Origin: Mustelus asterias
Lineage: Eukaryota
NCBI RefSeq assembly: GCF_964213995.1
Contig: NC_135804.1
Span: forward strand, 57,908,001-57,972,000
Direction of reading: 5' to 3'
DNA: 64,000 nt
A model generated the notes under the pieces. The model saw only the letters and a list, made by a program, of their open reading frames with translations, was not told where the DNA came from and ran no database searches. The translations under genes were made by a program, and so were the position numbers. This document shows, one piece after another, positions 62,635 through 64,000 of this stretch. Within the stretch, counting starts at the first letter, position 1. Each line of letters starts with the position of its first letter.

Positions 62635-62676
62635 ATGGGGATATTCGGCTTGTTTTTATTCCTGGGCTTTGCCTCT
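62635..62676 (+). CDS. Olfactomedin-like gene B, exon 1: signal peptide MGIFGLFLFLGFAS
   Basis: gcgATGG start context, 14 hydrophobic codons, canonical gtaagt donor, phase 0. Confidence 0.8.
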
Positions 62677-62841
62677 GTAAGTAGTGCATTCAATCTCCCA
62701 GTAATTGATCACAGGGAACATGACTGAGATAGATCTACACAATGAGGGGTGGGAATGGATTTATTCCTGACTCCAGTTTGATGCTGAGCGTTGATTCATT
62801 CATTTTGCATTGAATTCTCCCTTTGCCCACTATTTCATTAG

Positions 62842-62988
62842 GCGGATCGTGATGTTCTGGCAGAGGCTCGGGTCGCGAAGAGATGCTACTGCGATCTTCA
62901 GGTGTCAGATGGGCCATTCCCTCACAAACAATTTCAGCAACTGTACTCGGTCTCAGAGAGCTGCAGCCAGAGGCTGAACGTTCAGCAG
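62842..62988 (+). CDS. Olfactomedin-like gene B, exon 2 (ADRDVLAEARVAKRCYCDLQVSDGPFPHKQFQQLYSVSESCSQRLNVQQ); gene presumably continues past the window end
   Basis: Pyrimidine-rich cattag acceptor, gtgagt donor, 147 bp, phase 0/0. Aligns without gaps to gene A exon 2 (13 of 32 residues identical from RC.C to L). Confidence 0.82.
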
Positions 62989-63417
62989 GTGAGTGGCGTT
63001 GAGTTGGGGGGGGGGGGGGGGGCGGAGAGCCAACTCCTCCCTACCTTCCGGAAACTCCTAAACCGAACCCTAACTCCCAACAAACTGTGACATCTTTCCA
63101 TCCTGTGACCCAGCACTCCCGGGATGTTGTGGAGACGAATGGAATACTACTGTGCTGAGATGGATGGCCTGTAGCCCGCACCAGCCATTGGCAGGTTTTG
63201 GGTTGCAAATTGAGCACTTCGCTGTCCCTGCACACAAATAAGGAGGAAGGGGATGTCGTAAGGTTTTTTTCGAAATAAATAAAGGCTTGCATTTATATAG
63301 CGCCTTTCATGACCTGAGGAAGTCGCAGAGTGTTTTAGAGTCAGTGAAAGTGCTTTTCTTTAGTGTAAGCATTGTTGTAGGAAATTGTTCAACAATCATT
63401 ATTTATTATTATTTATT

Positions 63418-64000
63418 TATTAACAGGGGGTTGGAGTTTAAGAGCCGTGGGGTTATGCTGCAACTGTACAGGACCTTGGTGAGACCACATTTGGAATATT
63501 GTGTGCAGTTCTGGTCACCTCACTATAAGAAGGATGTGGAAGCGCTGGAAAGAGTGCAGAGGAGATTTACCAGGATGCTGCCTGGTTTGGAGGGTAGGTC
63601 TTATGAGGAAAGGTTGAGGGAGCTAGGGCTGTTCCCTCTGGAGCGGAGGAGGCTGAGGGGAGACTTAATAGAGGTTTATAAAATGATGAAGGGGATAGAT
63701 AGAGTGAACGTTCAAAGACTATTTCCTCGGGTGGATGGAGCTATTACAAGGGGGCATAACTACAGGGTTCGTGGTGGGAGATATAGGAAGGATATCAGAG
63801 GTAGGTTCTTTATGCAGAGAGTGGTTGGCGTGTGGAATGGACTGCCTGCAGTGATAGTGGAGTCAGACACTTTAGGAACATTTAAGCGGTTATTGCATAG
63901 GCACATGGAGCACACCAGGATGATAGGGAGTGGGATAGCTTGATCTTGGTTTCAGATAAAGCTCGGCACAACATCGTGGGCCGAAGGGACTGTTCTGTGC
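63418..64000 (+). mobile_element. Young CR1 3' fragment in intron 2 of gene B
   Basis: Uninterrupted INRGLEFKSRGVMLQLYRTLVRPHLEYCVQFW...; near-identical to ~12877-13215. Confidence 0.93.

Overview
Eukaryotic vertebrate DNA. The repeat content (CR1/L2 LINEs, HE1-like and Deu/SacSINE-like SINEs, Penelope-like elements, Harbinger MITEs) suggests a shark or other elasmobranch; this is inferred, not searched. Three protein-coding genes can be assembled by hand from splice signals. (1) KATNB1 (katanin p80), minus strand: the first five coding exons at 11515-975, with a CpG-island NRF1/CCAAT promoter. (2) A complete 5-exon, ~461-aa secreted olfactomedin (OLFM4/bullfrog-olfactomedin-like, 'gene A'), minus strand, 41182-20159. 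(3) The first two exons of a divergent olfactomedin paralogue ('gene B'), plus strand, 62635-62988, largely missed by the ORF track and arranged head-to-head with gene A. Both paralogues share an unusual CxC-x23-C N-terminal motif. The rest is mostly transposon-derived. It includes hairpin Penelope-like insertions carrying minimal hammerhead ribozymes, a decayed Harbinger transposon, a ~3.9-kb 27-bp satellite with higher-order structure, a 30-bp minisatellite split by a young CR1, and a perfect 122-bp inverted copy inserted at a poly-C tract. All coordinates and alignments were done by eye; repeat boundaries are approximate.
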